Part shown: piece after piece, positions 42,384 through 52,795 of the stretch
How the letters are laid out: each line of letters starts with the position of its first letter
Numbering within the stretch: the first letter of the stretch is position 1
Source: an uncultured cyanobacterium
GTDB taxonomy: Bacteria > Cyanobacteriota > Cyanobacteriia > Cyanobacteriales > CAWUOF01
Length of the DNA stretch: 64,000 nt
Assembly: GCA_963744145.1 (NCBI GenBank)
Contig: CAVUSO010000001.1
Coordinates: 416,001-480,000, forward strand
Reading direction: 5' to 3'
The notes under the pieces: generated by a model
The model's database searches: none
What the model was told of the DNA's origin: nothing
What the model saw: only the letters and a program-made list of their open reading frames with translations
Translations under genes and position numbers: made by a program

Positions 42384-44369
42384 ATGACAACTGACGTAGT
42401 TTTAGACGTTCGGAACCTACAAGTTCAATTTCCCACTGATGAAAGACTAATTAAAGCTGTTGATCAGATATCCTTTCAAGTCCAACGAGGACAAACCTTG
42501 GGAATTGTAGGAGAATCGGGTTCAGGTAAATCTGTCACCTCCTTAGCTATTATGGGACTGATTTCCACCCCCGGAAAAATAACCGGGGAAATTTGGTTTC
42601 AAAAAATATCTTCTGATCAGGAAAATCCAGAACCAGTTAATTTAGTGGAATTGTCCCCAGAAAAAATGCAGAAATATCGTGGGGGACAGATTTCGATGAT
42701 TTTCCAAGAACCCATGAGTTCCCTCAACCCTGTATATACGATCGGTTTTCAACTCATTGAAGCTATTCGTCAACACCAAAATATTTCCGAACCAGAAGCA
42801 AGAAGACAAGCGATCGCACGTCTTCAAGAAGTAAAACTACTACCCAGTGATGAGCAACTTCGACAACAATACCTAGAAGAAAACCCAAATCTTCTATCTG
42901 AAGCTGAAATTAATCAAAAAATCAACCAACAGAAACTAGAGATTTTAAAACGCTATCCCCACCAATTATCAGGTGGACAAATGCAACGGATTATGATTGC
43001 AATGGCGATTTCTTGTAATCCTTCTTTATTAATAGCAGATGAACCAACTACAGCTTTAGATGTAACCGTACAAGCTACGATTCTGCAATTATTAAGAGAA
43101 TTGAGAGATCGAAGACAAATGTCGCTCGTTTTTATTAGTCATGATTTAGGAGTAATTGGAGAAATTGCTGATACCGTCGCAGTTATGTATCAAGGTAAAA
43201 TAGTTGAATATGGTGCCATTTTAGATATCTTCACTAATCCCCAACATCCCTATACTAAAGGATTATTAGCTTGTCGTCCCCGGGTAGATCGACGAGTACA
43301 ATTTTTACCAACTGTCTCGGATTTTATGGAAGTGAAGACTACTGTAAATGGGACAATTGAAATTCAAGAAAAATCAAGAGATAACTCGAAAAATCTGAGT
43401 GAAGAAATTAGTGAAGATACTCACCATCAACGCTTAATTAAATTACAAGAAAAATCTCCGATTTTAGTAGTTAAGGATTTTCAAGTTTTCTTTCCGATTC
43501 GGGGAATATTTGGTGAAACTCAACGCTATTTTAAAGCAGTCAATCAGGTTTCTTTTAACGTTTATCCAGGAGAAACCCTGGGATTAGTAGGGGAATCTGG
43601 ATGTGGAAAAACTACCTTAGCTAGAGCTTTACTACAACTAATTTCCCCTTCGGGAGGTAGCGTATTTTTTGAAGATCAAGAAGTCACCTCTCCTTTCTTA
43701 CAGCCAAATCACTCACATCCTCATCCAATTGCATATTTTAATCTGAAAAATTTAACCGCAAATTATCGCACTCAGACGCTCTATAATCGCAAATTGCGCT
43801 GGTTAAGAAGAGATATGCAAATTATTTTTCAAAACCCTTTTAGTTCCCTTAATCCTCGGATTAATATTGGTGATGCTGTGATGGAACCTCTGCAAATTCA
43901 TCAAGTTATCAAAAAAAGAAAGGAACAACACGATCGCGCAGCTTATCTGTTAGAAAGAGTTGGTTTAGATCCGGATTTAATGAATCGTTATCCTCACGAA
44001 TTTTCCGGAGGACAACGTCAACGTATTTGTATAGCTCGTGCGCTAGCTTTAAATCCCAAATTTATTATCTGTGATGAATCAGTTTCAGCTCTTGATGTCT
44101 CAGTTCAAGCTCAAGTGTTAAACTTATTAAAAGAATTACAAGCAGAATTTGGGCTAACTTATATTTTCATTTCCCACGACTTAAGTGTAGTTAAATTTAT
44201 GAGCGATCGGATTATGGTGATGAACCAAGGAAAAATTGAAGAAATTGGTCCTTCAGAAACTATCTATCGACAACCACAACAAGAATATACCCGATCGCTG
44301 ATTGCTTCTATTCCCCTTGGTAGTATTGAAAGAATCCAGGAATGTCAGCGCTCACGAATCACGAATTAG
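42384..44369 (+). CDS. Peptide/nickel-type ABC ATP-binding protein with two ATPase domains
   Basis: GESGSGKS and GESGCGKT; YPHQLSGG and YPHEFSGG; HPYTKGLL. Confidence 0.95.
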   Translation: MTTDVVLDVRNLQVQFPTDERLIKAVDQISFQVQRGQTLGIVGESGSGKSVTSLAIMGLISTPGKITGEIWFQKISSDQENPEPVNLVELSPEKMQKYRGGQISMIFQEPMSSLNPVYTIGFQLIEAIRQHQNISEPEARRQAIARLQEVKLLPSDEQLRQQYLEENPNLLSEAEINQKINQQKLEILKRYPHQLSGGQMQRIMIAMAISCNPSLLIADEPTTALDVTVQATILQLLRELRDRRQMSLVFISHDLGVIGEIADTVAVMYQGKIVEYGAILDIFTNPQHPYTKGLLACRPRVDRRVQFLPTVSDFMEVKTTVNGTIEIQEKSRDNSKNLSEEISEDTHHQRLIKLQEKSPILVVKDFQVFFPIRGIFGETQRYFKAVNQVSFNVYPGETLGLVGESGCGKTTLARALLQLISPSGGSVFFEDQEVTSPFLQPNHSHPHPIAYFNLKNLTANYRTQTLYNRKLRWLRRDMQIIFQNPFSSLNPRINIGDAVMEPLQIHQVIKKRKEQHDRAAYLLERVGLDPDLMNRYPHEFSGGQRQRICIARALALNPKFIICDESVSALDVSVQAQVLNLLKELQAEFGLTYIFISHDLSVVKFMSDRIMVMNQGKIEEIGPSETIYRQPQQEYTRSLIASIPLGSIERIQECQRSRITN

Positions 44370-44378
44370 AGGGACAAG

Positions 44379-45485
44379 ATGAAAAGAATTATTTCTCAAT
44401 GTAAAAAAGAATTATCCCAGTTTAAACGCGATCGCTTAACCTTAGCTTTAGCATTTATCCTTCCTCTAGTAGCTTTGTTAATTTTTGGTTTTGCTATTCG
44501 TCTGGAAGCTAAAGATATTCCCCTCGCAATTCAAGATTTTGATCGGAGTCAACTGAGTGAACGCTATGCAGAAAGATTATTCGCGACTAATCAATTTACT
44601 GCTGTACCTTGGAGTCTAAATAAACCGATCGAGGTAGCTATTGATCAATCGATCGCTAAAGCAGGAGTAATTATTCCTCCTGATTTTAGTCGTCGGATTA
44701 ATTCAGGTAAAGTGGCTGATGTCCAGGTATTAGTAGATGGAACTGATACCAATAATGCGCGGGTAATTAAAAACAGCATTAAAGCGACAACTAATGATTT
44801 TTTGATTGCGGAAGCATTAATTCCTAATAATAATGCGGTTACCACTAGCTCTCGTCTCTGGTTTAATCCTGGTAGACAAGAATCACTCTATATTGTACCA
44901 GGAGTTTATGCGGTAATATTGTGGATTTTTCCTTCTCTATTATCAGCGATCGCCATGGTGAGAGAAAAGGAAAAACAAACGATTTTACAAGTTTATGCTT
45001 CTAGTATTAGTTCGACGGAATTAATCTTAGGTAAAGGATTAGCCTATTTAATTATTGGTTTGGGAATGGCAATCACTATCATGGGTTTAGGTGCGTTAAT
45101 TTTTAGCTTAAAATTAGCTGGAGATCCGACTCCTTTATTGCTTGGTACTCTGCTATATTTATGGGCAAGTGTCATGTTTGGAATCATGTTAGGAACCCGT
45201 ACTAGCAATCAAAATTCTGCGGTCCAGGGAGTTTCCCTCGTGGGATTTTTAACAGCTTTACTACTTTCAGGTTTTATCTATCCTTTGAGTAATATTCCCT
45301 TTCCCTTATCGCTTTTACCTAATGTAATTCCCGCTCGTTATTTTATCGAAATTACTCGTGATGCTTATGTCCGAGGGATTGGTTGGAGCAGTGTCTGGTT
45401 TGCGATCATCATGATTTTCGCGATCGGAATGATGCTTTTTAATGTCGCTAGAAAAGTTCTCAGTCGAATGCAATTATCGGATTAA
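44379..45485 (+). CDS. ABC-2 type permease (YbhS-like)
   Basis: VDGTDTNNA, WFNPG, VREKE, LLSGFIYP. Confidence 0.9.
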   Translation: MKRIISQCKKELSQFKRDRLTLALAFILPLVALLIFGFAIRLEAKDIPLAIQDFDRSQLSERYAERLFATNQFTAVPWSLNKPIEVAIDQSIAKAGVIIPPDFSRRINSGKVADVQVLVDGTDTNNARVIKNSIKATTNDFLIAEALIPNNNAVTTSSRLWFNPGRQESLYIVPGVYAVILWIFPSLLSAIAMVREKEKQTILQVYASSISSTELILGKGLAYLIIGLGMAITIMGLGALIFSLKLAGDPTPLLLGTLLYLWASVMFGIMLGTRTSNQNSAVQGVSLVGFLTALLLSGFIYPLSNIPFPLSLLPNVIPARYFIEITRDAYVRGIGWSSVWFAIIMIFAIGMMLFNVARKVLSRMQLSD

Positions 45486-45494
45486 GGTAAATTT

Positions 45495-46613
45495 ATGTTT
45501 CAGTGGTTATTTGGTAGTCGATTATGGGCATTAGTTCGCAAGGAAATTAATCAAATTCTCCGCAATAAACAATTAATTGTTTTGTTGATTATTCCCCCAA
45601 CAGTTCAATTACTGATTTATGGATATGCACTTAATCCAGAGATTCATTATCTCAAAATGGGAGTTGTCGATTATGCTCAATCCCATAACAGTCGAGAATT
45701 AATTTCTGCTTTTAAGGAAAATCGGATTTTTACCTTAGAATCAGTTTTATCAAGTGAAAAAGAATTAGAACAACAGGTGGAGCAGGGAAAAATCACTACA
45801 GGAATTGTGATTCCTCCAGAATTTAACCGAAATATTACTAAAGGAACACCAGCTGAAATCCAAGTTTTTATTGATGGAGTAGATGCTAATACTGCGGGTA
45901 TTGCTAATGGTTATATTAGCCAAATTGTTGGTCAATATAATCTCAATCTGATGGGACAATCGATTACACCACCGATCAATACTAATGTGGTATTTCTCTA
46001 TAATCCTGGATTAACCAGTAGCTGGTTTTTTGTTCCTGGTGTCATTGGGTTAGTTTTAACTCTGATTGGTTCCATTGTTTCTTCCGTTACCGTTGTGCGC
46101 GAAAAAGATACAGGTACATTGGAACAATTATTGATGACACCTGCTGAACCTTGGGAAATTTTGCTATCGAAAATTATCCCCTTATTTATGCTATTAATGG
46201 GTGATGTTTTTCTCGCTTTAACGTTGGGAACCTTGATTTTTCATCTACCTTTTAATGGTAATTTTTTACTGTTTGTCTTATTATCTGCCCTCTATTTATT
46301 TGTAGGAATTGGGATTGGGATTATGCTAGCAACAGTCTGTCAATCTCAACAGCAAGTAGTCTTAACTACCTTTTTTATTAATTTACCAATGGTACAACTT
46401 TCAGGTGCGATCGCTCCGATTGAGACTATGCCAGATTTTTTTCGCTATATCTCTTGGTTGAATCCTTTACGTCATTATGTAGCGATTATTCGTGGAATTT
46501 TACTCAAAGGTGTAGGTTTAGAAGCTTTGTGGATGCACGCTCTCTGTCTAGCTATTTTTGCGATCGTCTTACTTACCATTAGTATTCGTCAATTCCGTAA
46601 TCAACTTAGTTAG
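45495..46613 (+). CDS. ABC-2 type permease (YbhR-like)
   Basis: IDGVDANTA, LYNPGL, REKDTGTLEQLLMTP. Confidence 0.9.
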   Translation: MFQWLFGSRLWALVRKEINQILRNKQLIVLLIIPPTVQLLIYGYALNPEIHYLKMGVVDYAQSHNSRELISAFKENRIFTLESVLSSEKELEQQVEQGKITTGIVIPPEFNRNITKGTPAEIQVFIDGVDANTAGIANGYISQIVGQYNLNLMGQSITPPINTNVVFLYNPGLTSSWFFVPGVIGLVLTLIGSIVSSVTVVREKDTGTLEQLLMTPAEPWEILLSKIIPLFMLLMGDVFLALTLGTLIFHLPFNGNFLLFVLLSALYLFVGIGIGIMLATVCQSQQQVVLTTFFINLPMVQLSGAIAPIETMPDFFRYISWLNPLRHYVAIIRGILLKGVGLEALWMHALCLAIFAIVLLTISIRQFRNQLS

Positions 46614-46643
46614 AGTTGGCTAATTTTTTCTTCTCCATAGTTT

Positions 46644-46693
46644 TGTTACGTTGCAATACGGTTCACTTAACTGAACTGTATTGTGTTACGTTG
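46644..46693. mobile_element. 30-bp minimal MITE (fused TIRs) with 10-bp target duplication
   Basis: TGTTACGTTG-[CAATACGGTTCACTTAACTGAACTGTATTG]-TGTTACGTTG. Confidence 0.85.
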
Positions 46694-46715
46694 GAAATAA
46701 ATTTTTGTCATAAAT

Positions 46716-49178
46716 TTATATACCGTTACATTTAAAGGGTTTAAGCCAAGCTGAACCACCAGTTAAATTTGGGATATAAGTAACTAATTTAATTTTCCCA
46801 ACTGGATCGATTATCCAACCTGTTGCTTCCACCAATTGATGTCGCTCTTGCTGCACCCCAACCCGCGAATTTTGACTCAGTTTTTGATCAGGAGGGTTTT
46901 CCGATCTCGAAAAATCTTGCCAATCGCGCCAAATAGTTTGACCTCGGATCGTTGTGGTGGGATCTTCTGGTAAACCACCCAGTCCAGTCACAGTTAAAGA
47001 GTTACCTTGATTAGCTGCACATCCTACAGCTACTTGATGAGTAGGATCTTCTACTTGAGCTGGTAATATGACTAATCCAGAACTAGGGTTGACGGCTGGA
47101 TTGTTAATATTGATTGTACCAGAAAGTCCATACTGAGAACTGGCTGTAACATCGCTATCGGCAGACGTAAATAGTCCTTGAGTAGTGATCTCAATATTAC
47201 CACCTTGACCTTTAATAGCATTAGCCGTAATGTTACTACTTTCCAGGAGAACCAAGTTATCGGTATTAATATTGATATTACCCCCATTCCCAGCACCACC
47301 CGCGGTAGTAGTAATATGACTATTATGGCGCAATTCGAGATTCTTTCCTTGTAAGACAATATTACCACCTTCACCATTAGCAGTAGTAGCTGTAATCGCG
47401 ACCTTATTATCCAAAAAAAGTGATCCAGTATTGATACTAAGTGCCCCGGCCATGCCATTGCCCTGATTTTGGACACTGACTAAACCTCCATTCAGAATAC
47501 TTAATTTCGGAGTGTTAATTGTCACCTTTCCCGACGTTCCACTGGGAATTGAAGCTAAGTTTAATGTTTTTTGTGTATATTGATCAATTGTAGTAAAGGC
47601 ATTTATCTCAGATGGAGTCAATGCTCCTGGTGTTTGACCATTTACTTCAATCGATTGAAGAGCATTAATCGTAATATTTCCTGCTTTACCAGTCGAGTAA
47701 GATGCATCTGAAACCTCTCCTGAATTTTTGATCATTAACGTTGAGGTATTAATGGCTACACTACCACTATCTCCTGGGCCATAAGTTGCTGCTCCTAGTG
47801 TACTATTATTAGCTGCAGTTTGTACTCCGGCTTGTAAGCTGCCTATGATTTCTATGTTGGTTGCAGAAACTGTTAATTTGCCGCCGGTTCCAGAACCCAA
47901 TGTACCAGTCAGGATCTCTCCTCCTTGCAAAGCTATTAAATTTCTTGTTGATATATTTATGTTGCCCCCATTAGCCAGACCAAAATTATAATTACCAATG
48001 TTACTGGGATTGGTAAGTAGTTGAATTGAATCGGAAGCATTTATATTAATATTGCCACCTTGGCCAAGACCATAATTTAGCTGATTTATGAAGCCGCCAT
48101 TTTGGATCAAAAAGTCTTTAGTTGAAATATTGATGTTTCCGCTATTACCACCTGCGAATGTTTGGTTAAATATGCTACTAGGAATTGTGCCATCAGCAGA
48201 AAATCCATTTAATTGAAAAGATTCAGATGCGTTAACATTGATATCTCCGGTTGGTTGAGTCCCATCGTTTTCCATCAAAAATACTGAACCACCATTCAGA
48301 ATTACGTTTCGACCTTGCACAGAAATCGCCCCACCACCATTGCTGCTGCTAACATTAACTAATGCTAGTTGAGATAAATTTATATCATTCCAACTTTGGA
48401 CACCTTGATAGTTAAACATCCAGCCCGTTGCTGAGGAATTAAAATTCACCTTACCAGCGCTAACACTTCCTAATTCAATCCGTCCTGCTGGTGCCATTAA
48501 TATACCTCCTTGTAAATTAATTGCACCTCCAATTAATGCTAAAGATTGTCCAGATGCTACTTGCAAACTATCCGGGTTATTGCCAATAGTCAAACGAGAA
48601 ACAAGTGTATCAGTAGTGATATTAGCACCAGGACCATTCACATTAATTGCGCCTGGATTTGACCCAAACTGTAATCCAATTGGTACACTAATTGTTAACA
48701 ATGGTGAAATTGATGGATTAGTAGCACTAAAAATAGTGCCATCTGCAAAAGTAATCTGATTAGCTGTACTCCCTAAAAATGAACCACCGAGATTTAAACC
48801 CGCATTAGTTCCAAAATTAATTCCATTAGGATTAAGGAAAATTAAATTAGCAGTACCATTAGCTTTCAGGGTTCCATCAATATTAGAACTTAACCCACCC
48901 GTAACACGAGTAATAATATTTTGGGTATCTAATGTATTATTAAAAAATGCTGTACTTCCCGTGGGCACAGAAAACTCTTTAAAACTATGAAATAAATTCC
49001 CTCCCACTTTAGTGCCACCATTGATAGTAATATTATTACTATTATTCGTAACCAGAGAATTTCCTGATAAAGTCGCATCGGGAACAATTTGACCGATCGC
49101 CCCACTCCCAGAAAACAAGTTGGTCACCAATAGACTAATCGCAATCCCATTCCCAAAATTTGCTCTTAGCATATTCAA
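46716..49178 (-). CDS. Filamentous haemagglutinin (TPS domain) family exoprotein
   Basis: QIVPDATL, NLFHSFKEFSV, NPNGINFG, GNINI repeats, TGLGGLPEDP, VEATGW. Confidence 0.93.
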   Translation of the reverse strand: MNMLRANFGNGIAISLLVTNLFSGSGAIGQIVPDATLSGNSLVTNNSNNITINGGTKVGGNLFHSFKEFSVPTGSTAFFNNTLDTQNIITRVTGGLSSNIDGTLKANGTANLIFLNPNGINFGTNAGLNLGGSFLGSTANQITFADGTIFSATNPSISPLLTISVPIGLQFGSNPGAINVNGPGANITTDTLVSRLTIGNNPDSLQVASGQSLALIGGAINLQGGILMAPAGRIELGSVSAGKVNFNSSATGWMFNYQGVQSWNDINLSQLALVNVSSSNGGGAISVQGRNVILNGGSVFLMENDGTQPTGDINVNASESFQLNGFSADGTIPSSIFNQTFAGGNSGNINISTKDFLIQNGGFINQLNYGLGQGGNININASDSIQLLTNPSNIGNYNFGLANGGNINISTRNLIALQGGEILTGTLGSGTGGKLTVSATNIEIIGSLQAGVQTAANNSTLGAATYGPGDSGSVAINTSTLMIKNSGEVSDASYSTGKAGNITINALQSIEVNGQTPGALTPSEINAFTTIDQYTQKTLNLASIPSGTSGKVTINTPKLSILNGGLVSVQNQGNGMAGALSINTGSLFLDNKVAITATTANGEGGNIVLQGKNLELRHNSHITTTAGGAGNGGNININTDNLVLLESSNITANAIKGQGGNIEITTQGLFTSADSDVTASSQYGLSGTININNPAVNPSSGLVILPAQVEDPTHQVAVGCAANQGNSLTVTGLGGLPEDPTTTIRGQTIWRDWQDFSRSENPPDQKLSQNSRVGVQQERHQLVEATGWIIDPVGKIKLVTYIPNLTGGSAWLKPFKCNGI

Positions 49179-49206
49179 AACTTACCAATCAATTCTTAAA
49201 TATAGC

Positions 49207-50337
49207 CTAATAATTAATAGTCTGATTGTCAAGGAGATGATTTAACCACTGTAACCATTGTTGAGCGCGAAATGACCAATTACCTAAACGGTTAGTTTGG
49301 GCAACTTGATGTTGGAGATAATTTTCAAGTATCCTAGCATCACCAGCAAGAAATTGGTGCAGTAAATTGATCGTTTCTTGGAGAAACCAGGTTTGATAAT
49401 CGGTGATATTTTTAGTGAGGGGGATTAAGCTGGCAAAATTAGCTGTAGTTTCTGGTAAAGCAGCTAAATGACTAGTCACCACTAAACAACCACTCGCGAT
49501 CGCTTCCATGACAGCAATACAGGAGGTTTCTCGACAGGTACTAGGATAAGTTAGTATACTCACCGAACGTAGTTCTTGAGCTAATTGAGGTTGAGCGATC
49601 GATCCCAGATATTCAATTCCTTCAGTTTCACGACATTGACGATAAAGAACTCCATAATTTTGTTCATCTTCATCGTCAGAAAATTGATAAATTTTGATAC
49701 TAGAAAATACTTTTAACCTTGTACCTGGTATGGCTTGACGAATTTGGGGGAAAATATCAATTAAAATCTGAAGACCACGGTCAGGTGGACTGGTATAAGC
49801 AAGAATAGGAGGTCGCGATTTAGTAGTTAAAATTGACTGATTGGTCGCAAACATATTTGTGAAAGCAGGAGCGATCGCATTCCGGATCACACAACTACGC
49901 TCTAAGTTAATCCCAAAATAGTGATAAAATTCTTCTTGTTGCCAATTACTCACAAATACCATCCCATCATAGATATTTCTTTCGGCTGGATTTTTTAAAG
50001 CACTGGCAAATTCAGTGAGATGATATTCGTGCATCCAATAAATCAATAGAGTATCTGGATTTAAAAGTCGTTTGATTTCTAAACCAAAACCTGCTAGAGT
50101 TACAATTATCACTACATCCAGGGGTATAGATTGGATTTGATATTCCCATTTTAGACAATTTACTCCTCGATACAATCCGGTCCTAGAGGTATGATTAAAT
50201 AAAAATATTTGATGACCAAGTTTAGCTAAGGTTTCTGCTAGATAGCAAAGAGCGGATTGTGTACCTCCTAAAGGACGTTGATAGGGAGTTTCTGTGGTAT
50301 AATCCATTTCTCTTAAATCCAAGAAGGCAATTCTCAT
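49207..50337 (-). CDS. GT4 (GT-B) glycosyltransferase
   Basis: PLGGTQSA, YTSPPDRGL, ETSCIAVMEA. Confidence 0.9.
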   Translation of the reverse strand: MRIAFLDLREMDYTTETPYQRPLGGTQSALCYLAETLAKLGHQIFLFNHTSRTGLYRGVNCLKWEYQIQSIPLDVVIIVTLAGFGLEIKRLLNPDTLLIYWMHEYHLTEFASALKNPAERNIYDGMVFVSNWQQEEFYHYFGINLERSCVIRNAIAPAFTNMFATNQSILTTKSRPPILAYTSPPDRGLQILIDIFPQIRQAIPGTRLKVFSSIKIYQFSDDEDEQNYGVLYRQCRETEGIEYLGSIAQPQLAQELRSVSILTYPSTCRETSCIAVMEAIASGCLVVTSHLAALPETTANFASLIPLTKNITDYQTWFLQETINLLHQFLAGDARILENYLQHQVAQTNRLGNWSFRAQQWLQWLNHLLDNQTINY

Positions 50338-50382
50338 ATTTGATCAAAATAAATAAACTATTCTAGTTAACTAGAATAACAG

Positions 50383-51528
50383 CTACTTGATTGAAAAAAT
50401 CGATGATCTTTTAGTGCGAAGATGATTTAACCATTGTAACCATTGTTGAGCGCGAAATGACCAATTACCTAAACGGTTAATTTGGGCAACTTGACGTTGA
50501 AGATGATTTTCCATTATCCTATTATCACCCTCAAGAAATTGGTGTAGTATCTTGATCGTTTCCTGCACAAAACAAATTTTATATTCGGTCGGATTTTTAG
50601 TAATCGGAATTAACTGAGCAAAATTAGCTGTAGTCTCTGGTAAAGCAGCTAAATGACTGGTAATCACTAAACAACCACTCGCGATTGCTTCCATCACTGC
50701 AATACAAGAAGTTTCTTTATATATATTAGGATAAGTTAATACATTCACCGCACGTAGTTCCTGTGCTAATTGAGGTTGGGAGACAGACCCCATATACTCA
50801 ATTCCGACGGTTTCACGACATTTATGGTAAAGCTTTCCAAATTCTTGTTCATCTTCGCGATCGCGATCGGTAATGCGATAAACTTTTTTACTGGAAAATA
50901 CTTTTAAAATTGTCCCTGGAATCGCTTGACGAATTTGGGGAAAAATCTCAATTAAAATCCCCAGACCTCGATGTGGTGTACTAGTATAAGCAAGAATGGG
51001 AGGTTGAGACTTATGTGCTAAAATTGACTGATGTGGGGGAAAAAGATGACAGAAACTAGGTGCGATCGCATTCCGGATCACACAACTACGCTCTAAATTA
51101 ATCCCAAACTGATGATAAAATTTTTCTTGTTGCCAATTACTCACAAAGACTATCCCATCATATACATTCCTTTCTTCTGGATCTTGCAATGCTTTGGTTA
51201 GTTCTGCGGTATGAGATTCCTGTACCCAAAAAATTAATTGAGTATTTTTATTTAATTGTGTTTTGATATTTAACCCGAACCCTGCTGTATTTAAAATTAT
51301 CACAGTATCTAGTACCAGAGACTGTAACTGAGATTCCCACTTTAGACAAGTTACTCCTCGGTAAATTCCTGGTGTGGAAGTCCGATTTAATAAAAATACC
51401 TCATGTCCAAGCTTTGCTAAATGTTCTGATAAATAACAAAGAGCAGATTGGGAACCTCCTAAGGGTTTAAAATAGGGAGTTTCCGTGGTATAGTTTATAT
51501 ATTTCAAATCCACAAAGGCAATTTTCAT
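50383..51528 (-). CDS. GT4 (GT-B) glycosyltransferase, tandem paralogue
   Basis: PLGGSQSA, YTSTPHRGL, ETSCIAVMEA. Confidence 0.9.
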   Translation of the reverse strand: MKIAFVDLKYINYTTETPYFKPLGGSQSALCYLSEHLAKLGHEVFLLNRTSTPGIYRGVTCLKWESQLQSLVLDTVIILNTAGFGLNIKTQLNKNTQLIFWVQESHTAELTKALQDPEERNVYDGIVFVSNWQQEKFYHQFGINLERSCVIRNAIAPSFCHLFPPHQSILAHKSQPPILAYTSTPHRGLGILIEIFPQIRQAIPGTILKVFSSKKVYRITDRDREDEQEFGKLYHKCRETVGIEYMGSVSQPQLAQELRAVNVLTYPNIYKETSCIAVMEAIASGCLVITSHLAALPETTANFAQLIPITKNPTEYKICFVQETIKILHQFLEGDNRIMENHLQRQVAQINRLGNWSFRAQQWLQWLNHLRTKRSSIFSIK

Positions 51529-51630
51529 CAGTAAAAATTAACAGTTCCACTGAAACAATAGTTACCACTAACTGATTTAATTATAATTGCACCTTGGTCT
51601 TAGTAATTAGTTAAGGAATTTGGCAAAATT

Positions 51631-52341
51631 ATGGTAGCAGCAGATCCCGCACAATTGATGAAACAAGAAGTTGGAAAAGCCGCCGCTGCTCTGGTAACAT
51701 CTGGAATGATTGTGGGCTTAGGTACTGGCTCAACTACAGCATACACGATCCAGTTTCTAGGCGATCGACTCAAATCTGGAGAGCTCCAAAATATTAAAGG
51801 AATCCCGACTTCCTTTCAAGCATCTGTCTTAGCTAAACAGTATGGTATCCCCTTAACTACCTTAGATGAAGTGGATCACATTGATATTGCCATTGATGGT
51901 GCTGATGAAGTTGATCCTCAGAAAAATTTAATTAAAGGGGGTGGTGCTGCCCATACCCGTGAGAAAATTGTCGATAGTCTAGCAAAACAGTTTATTGTTG
52001 TTGTCGATAGCTCGAAACTAGTAGAGCAATTGGGTTCTACTTTTTTACTACCAGTTGAAGTATTACCTCTTGCTTATACACCCGTAATGCGTACAATTGA
52101 AAAGCTGGGTGGTAAACCTCAGTTACGCATGGGAGTCAAAAAAGCTGGACCTGTAATTACTGATCAAGGTAATTTTGTTATTGATGTTAAGTTTGATTCA
52201 ATTGAAAACCCAGCAGAATTAGAAAAAACCTTAAATAATATCCCTGGGGTTTTAGAAAATGGTTTATTTGTTGGTGTAACTACTTTAGTCTTAGTCGGTG
52301 AGATTAAAGATGGTAAACCTTATGTCCGGGAAATTTCTTAA
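51631..52341 (+). CDS. rpiA: Ribose-5-phosphate isomerase A
   Basis: GLGTGST, DGADEVD, IKGGG. Confidence 0.98.
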   Translation: MVAADPAQLMKQEVGKAAAALVTSGMIVGLGTGSTTAYTIQFLGDRLKSGELQNIKGIPTSFQASVLAKQYGIPLTTLDEVDHIDIAIDGADEVDPQKNLIKGGGAAHTREKIVDSLAKQFIVVVDSSKLVEQLGSTFLLPVEVLPLAYTPVMRTIEKLGGKPQLRMGVKKAGPVITDQGNFVIDVKFDSIENPAELEKTLNNIPGVLENGLFVGVTTLVLVGEIKDGKPYVREIS

Positions 52342-52388
52342 CCCAATCGAGTGGTATTTTTTTTCGCTCATAAATAGATAACCCGATT

Positions 52389-52480
52389 AAAAAAACCCTC
52401 TAGTATTGCTACTAGAGGGGAAACTTTTCTATAGGACCCAAGAGGAAAGGTAATTTTTTACCCTTTTGCGGAGAAACATC
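52389..52480 (-). ncRNA. Candidate ~90-nt sRNA
   Basis: TG-A-GATAAT at 52486..52494, internal hairpin, CU-rich stretches, terminator CCCTCTAGTA-GCAA-TACTAGAGGG-T7. Confidence 0.5.
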
Positions 52481-52795
52481 TTTTAATTATCTCATTTATA
52501 ATCATATTTGGTGTTCCTGATCTGAAAAATTTTATCACTCTGAATGGAAAGTGAGGATTTTTTGGCTTGATTTTCTGCTTCAATCCAACTTAAGCTCCTC
52601 ATTGCTGACAAAATTGTCTGAATTTGTTGGCATTTCCTAATTATTAATAGTAACAATAACTACATTTTGACTAATATTAATTTTCTTTTAATATCGCTGA
52701 TTTTGCTAGTTACTATTTTTTTTAAGATCAGCAAGCGAATAACAGCAATATTTCCGAATCAGATCAGATGGGTAAGATTTGTAACGATCGACTGC

